Sequence record: NC_005260.1
Strand: one strand, 5' to 3'
Length of the DNA: 64,000 nt
Below, one piece after another: positions 61,295 to 64,000 of this stretch. The notes below the pieces were generated by a model. That model searched no databases. It was given only the letters and a program-made list of their open reading frames with translations, and had not been told where the DNA came from. Position 1 is the stretch's first letter. The number at the start of each line of letters is the position of its first letter. The translations under genes and the position numbers were made by a program.

Positions 61295-62538
61295 ATGTCA
61301 AGCGTCCACATCGTATCTTTCAGCCAATCTGGATACTTTCTACCGTCGCTGGTATCAGTCTCGTCTAGTGTGTTGCAATAAGCGATTTGACTTTCAATCC
61401 GAGTTCGGTATTCTTCTCCCAAAAGCTTCACCAATCGCTCTATGGCAGCGTTTCTATTGTCCAGCATATACTCACAAGCGTATATACGAGAAACGATTGT
61501 ACCAGCGTTCTGGCCTGCTTCCAGCATACGTTTCACGATGCCTTCTAGTATGTTACCGTCACCACACGACGGCTCAAAGAAAGTCGAACTAGAATTTGCG
61601 TCATCGATATCGGTATAATCCAACATCTGATTTACGAGTTCAATAGGAGTAAAGAACTCCGCAGTTTTCTTTTGGCGATCTCGCTCAATCTTGTCGGTAA
61701 ACAATCGGGTGTCACCAACGACTTGCGTTTTGTGTCGCTTGCCGCCATAGTAATCTTCGATCACTTCCTGCACTCTTGGTCTGATATCAAGCATATCGAA
61801 TTTTTCGAATAACTCGTCATCAGTCCAACGCTTCGTCATGTCTACCCATGGGATTGCATGTAGCTCGCCACTGTCTAGGTGAACATTCATCTTATACAGA
61901 GAAAGCATAAATCTTGCAAAGTCCGTTTTCAGATAAGCAATAAAATTCTCTGCTTCTTCTAACGTTCTAAACGCAAAATTTTGACCGCGCTTTGGCATTT
62001 CAGTCGTCGGAACGTAATCAACTGGGAACATCGTAAAGAAGTCGCTATTAAAGCGTTTGCCAGCTTCTGGAGGATGTCCTCTAACACTTGCTATAGTGAC
62101 GTAGTGACTTGCTCCTATAACTTCGCCAGAGCATTTCATGTGCGCTACGCTCGGATATTTCATCTTGTCATAGACATCAACACACCAATCTCCAATCATA
62201 TTGATTTTGTTTAGCGGCAGTCTTGCGTCATAATAACCAGAAACGTTAATTAGACCGGATTTCATTGTTTTGTCAATAACGGTTATACTAAGCGGAGTAA
62301 GAAATCCAGCTTTGAAAACGGCGTTACCGTCAAACAAATGAACACTCGTTGTATATTCTTTCATATTGCCGAGTAGTTCAGCAACTCGCTTAGTTTGTCT
62401 AGTTGGCTTTCTGTTTACAAATGGTCCGGACGGATGCACCGCGACGGTGACATCACATTTCTTTACACCTAGATTAACAAAGTCAACGTGCAAACCCGCA
62501 CTATATGGCGGGTTTGCGATCATGTAATCAAAGTGCAT
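61291..62538 (-). CDS. N6-adenine DNA methyltransferase, Eco57I/TaqI-like motifs in permuted order
   Basis: NPPY at residues 9-12; FFTP, FEPSCGDG and IYACE near the C-terminus. Confidence 0.8.
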   Translation of the reverse strand: MHFDYMIANPPYSAGLHVDFVNLGVKKCDVTVAVHPSGPFVNRKPTRQTKRVAELLGNMKEYTTSVHLFDGNAVFKAGFLTPLSITVIDKTMKSGLINVSGYYDARLPLNKINMIGDWCVDVYDKMKYPSVAHMKCSGEVIGASHYVTIASVRGHPPEAGKRFNSDFFTMFPVDYVPTTEMPKRGQNFAFRTLEEAENFIAYLKTDFARFMLSLYKMNVHLDSGELHAIPWVDMTKRWTDDELFEKFDMLDIRPRVQEVIEDYYGGKRHKTQVVGDTRLFTDKIERDRQKKTAEFFTPIELVNQMLDYTDIDDANSSSTFFEPSCGDGNILEGIVKRMLEAGQNAGTIVSRIYACEYMLDNRNAAIERLVKLLGEEYRTRIESQIAYCNTLDETDTSDGRKYPDWLKDTMWTLDI

Positions 62539-63223
62539 GAGTGCTCAACCGTTCACCGTATTCGGTGCCCATGTTATACTCTTTCGCGATCTTCATAATA
62601 GCGATGTTCATTTGCACAAGCTTTTCGCGCTCGCGGGTATAGTCTGCCATCATTACCTCAAGTTCTATGGCATGACGGCGCTTGATTTCTGCTTCCATTT
62701 GTTTAATTTGGAGACGCAGATCATCGGTAGAAACTTCTTTGATGTCTTTCTCCACTTTAGTAATGATCTCCGGTTTCTTTTTCTTCGGTTCTTTTACCAA
62801 CAGATCGATTTTGCGTTCAGGAATACGAACTTTCATTTTGAAACCATAGTCGGTGCGAATTGCATTGAACGGAGAAAATTCTTTCATTCGATCAAAAATC
62901 GCATCGATAATTGATTGACTACCACGGCTGAATTCAAACTCAACCCAGTTCGCAACAATACCCTCGCCAATCTTTGTTACATTAAAACCTGCCAGCTCTG
63001 GAATGTGACCGTCAACGATGTAGGCACCGAATATCTCGTTTAAATGCGATTTATTGTAATAACGACTACCGACCATATTACCGACGTATCGACGTATGTT
63101 TCCGCGAAATCGCACGGAGTCGATTGTGACTTTGGTGCCAGCTGGCTTAGTGTGAGTTTCGCAAGCAATATTCAGAAATTTGTACCACTGATTGCGAGCA
63201 ACTAGCTTCCGTTTTTCGTTCAT
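62528..63223 (-). CDS. hypothetical protein with C-terminal coiled coil
   Basis: start revised to MNEKRKL (AGGAG SD). Confidence 0.75.
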   Translation of the reverse strand: MNEKRKLVARNQWYKFLNIACETHTKPAGTKVTIDSVRFRGNIRRYVGNMVGSRYYNKSHLNEIFGAYIVDGHIPELAGFNVTKIGEGIVANWVEFEFSRGSQSIIDAIFDRMKEFSPFNAIRTDYGFKMKVRIPERKIDLLVKEPKKKKPEIITKVEKDIKEVSTDDLRLQIKQMEAEIKRRHAIELEVMMADYTREREKLVQMNIAIMKIAKEYNMGTEYGERLSTHAL

Positions 63224-63252
63224 AATTTCTCCTATGAGAGGGCCCGAAGCCC

Positions 63253-63453
63253 TCAAATGTCAAACAGTGATGCAAGCCCAGGATGTTGTGGGAACTTCAC
63301 CTGTTTTGTGTTTTTGTCAATAGCCAATCCGGTTTGTTTAACAAACGCATCGAATTTTTCTTTAGAAGCAAAACGGACTTTGATCGTCCGTTTACCACTT
63401 TTCATTTTTTCGACAACGTGTTCCGGTGCGGCATCTGGGTTAACGTATGCCAT
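63253..63453 (-). CDS. small hypothetical protein coupled to the glycosyltransferase-like gene
   Basis: IKVRFASKEKFDAFVKQTG...TKQVKFP. Confidence 0.7.
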   Translation of the reverse strand: MAYVNPDAAPEHVVEKMKSGKRTIKVRFASKEKFDAFVKQTGLAIDKNTKQVKFPQHPGLASLFDI

Positions 63454-64000
63454 TATTCTTCCTCGTCGTTAGCATCTTGTTCGGACGCTTTGATGGATGT
63501 TAGCACCATTCCGTATTCATTGCAACCTTCTGGAATAACATTTTTCAGTTTCAGACGATTTGCGCGATACGGTGCGTAGTCTACCCAGTGATGCCAGCGA
63601 CCATTCATCCACTGCAATCTGGCAACGTCTGGATGCATGTCCACGATCATTTGCGACTTAGGCAGAGTACCTTCTTTCGAATAGAAAGCTTCGGTGTTAC
63701 CACCTGCCATTGCTTGAGTCACCAGCTTTCCAGTCAGATAAGCATTATATTGAATCGTGCAATGGCCGTCTTTCAGAACACGCAGACTCAAATCGGTATC
63801 TTCGTTATAGCGACCTCTCCAGCGATACGGGATATCGTTCAGAATGAGTAGGGTACTATAAATCCGACAGTTTTGAACGAATGGCGGCAAAGTCTCTTTT
63901 GGCACAGCAAAGAAGCGATAATGTGGACCAGCGATATACACGTTATCATAACGATCAACATGATCTTCCATTGCACGGAAGATAGCACCGCTATTAACGA
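63453..64000 (-). CDS. GREB1-like / TET-associated glycosyltransferase (TAGT) family protein, 5'-truncated by the window edge
   Basis: WRGRYNEDTDLSLRVLKDG...GGNT...KSQMIVDMHPD...GRWHHWVDY; frame stays open to the window end. Confidence 0.65.
   Translation of the reverse strand, partial: VNSGAIFRAMEDHVDRYDNVYIAGPHYRFFAVPKETLPPFVQNCRIYSTLLILNDIPYRWRGRYNEDTDLSLRVLKDGHCTIQYNAYLTGKLVTQAMAGGNTEAFYSKEGTLPKSQMIVDMHPDVARLQWMNGRWHHWVDYAPYRANRLKLKNVIPEGCNEYGMVLTSIKASEQDANDEEE

Noticed and set aside
63238-63254. GAGGGC/GCCCTC hairpin as a terminator
   Set aside because: No U-tract follows and it leads straight into the next SD; it may be a stabilising or processing stem
1-64000. tRNA or rRNA genes
   Set aside because: No cloverleaf with a TTC(G/A)A T-loop and CCA, or rRNA-like sequence, seen by eye; tRNAscan-SE would be the definitive test

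Overview
First 64 kb of a T4-like (Straboviridae) lytic phage genome. The window starts exactly at the rIIA stop codon and essentially all real genes are on the minus strand. The core replication and nucleotide-metabolism block is present in T4-like order: rIIA, fused topoisomerase 39+60, dexA, dUTPase, 61, 61.1, 41, 40, uvsX, 43, regA, 62, 44, 45, rpbA, 46, 47, a-gt.4/5, 55, glutaredoxins, grcA, nrdG, nrdD, nrdB, nrdA, 49. It is followed by a hyperplastic early region (about 44.7-64 kb). nrdA is split in two by an HNH homing endonuclease (mobE) with an RBS-sequestering hairpin. This arrangement is established for Aeromonas phage Aeh1, so the phage is probably Aeh1 or a close relative (inference, no database search). 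Less-explained signals: (1) at least 11 sigma70-type promoters have inverted repeats of differing sequence folded around the -10 box; (2) an unannotated 28-aa type IV prepilin-like peptide; (3) an 81-bp non-coding palindromic element present twice in inverted orientation 27 kb apart, with a covarying terminal hairpin; (4) an array of large fibre/carbohydrate-binding-like genes at the a-gt locus, organised as terminator/late-promoter cassettes; (5) a circularly permuted Eco57I-type methyltransferase near a GREB1/TAGT-like glycosyltransferase; (6) a five-copy 'ARLELARHW' domain family; (7) short basic uORFs overlapping the starts of rIIA, uvsX and gene 43, and a hairpin that hides the gene 55 RBS. 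No tRNA, rRNA, CRISPR array or group I intron was seen. All product calls come from motif recognition and synteny, not from searches.
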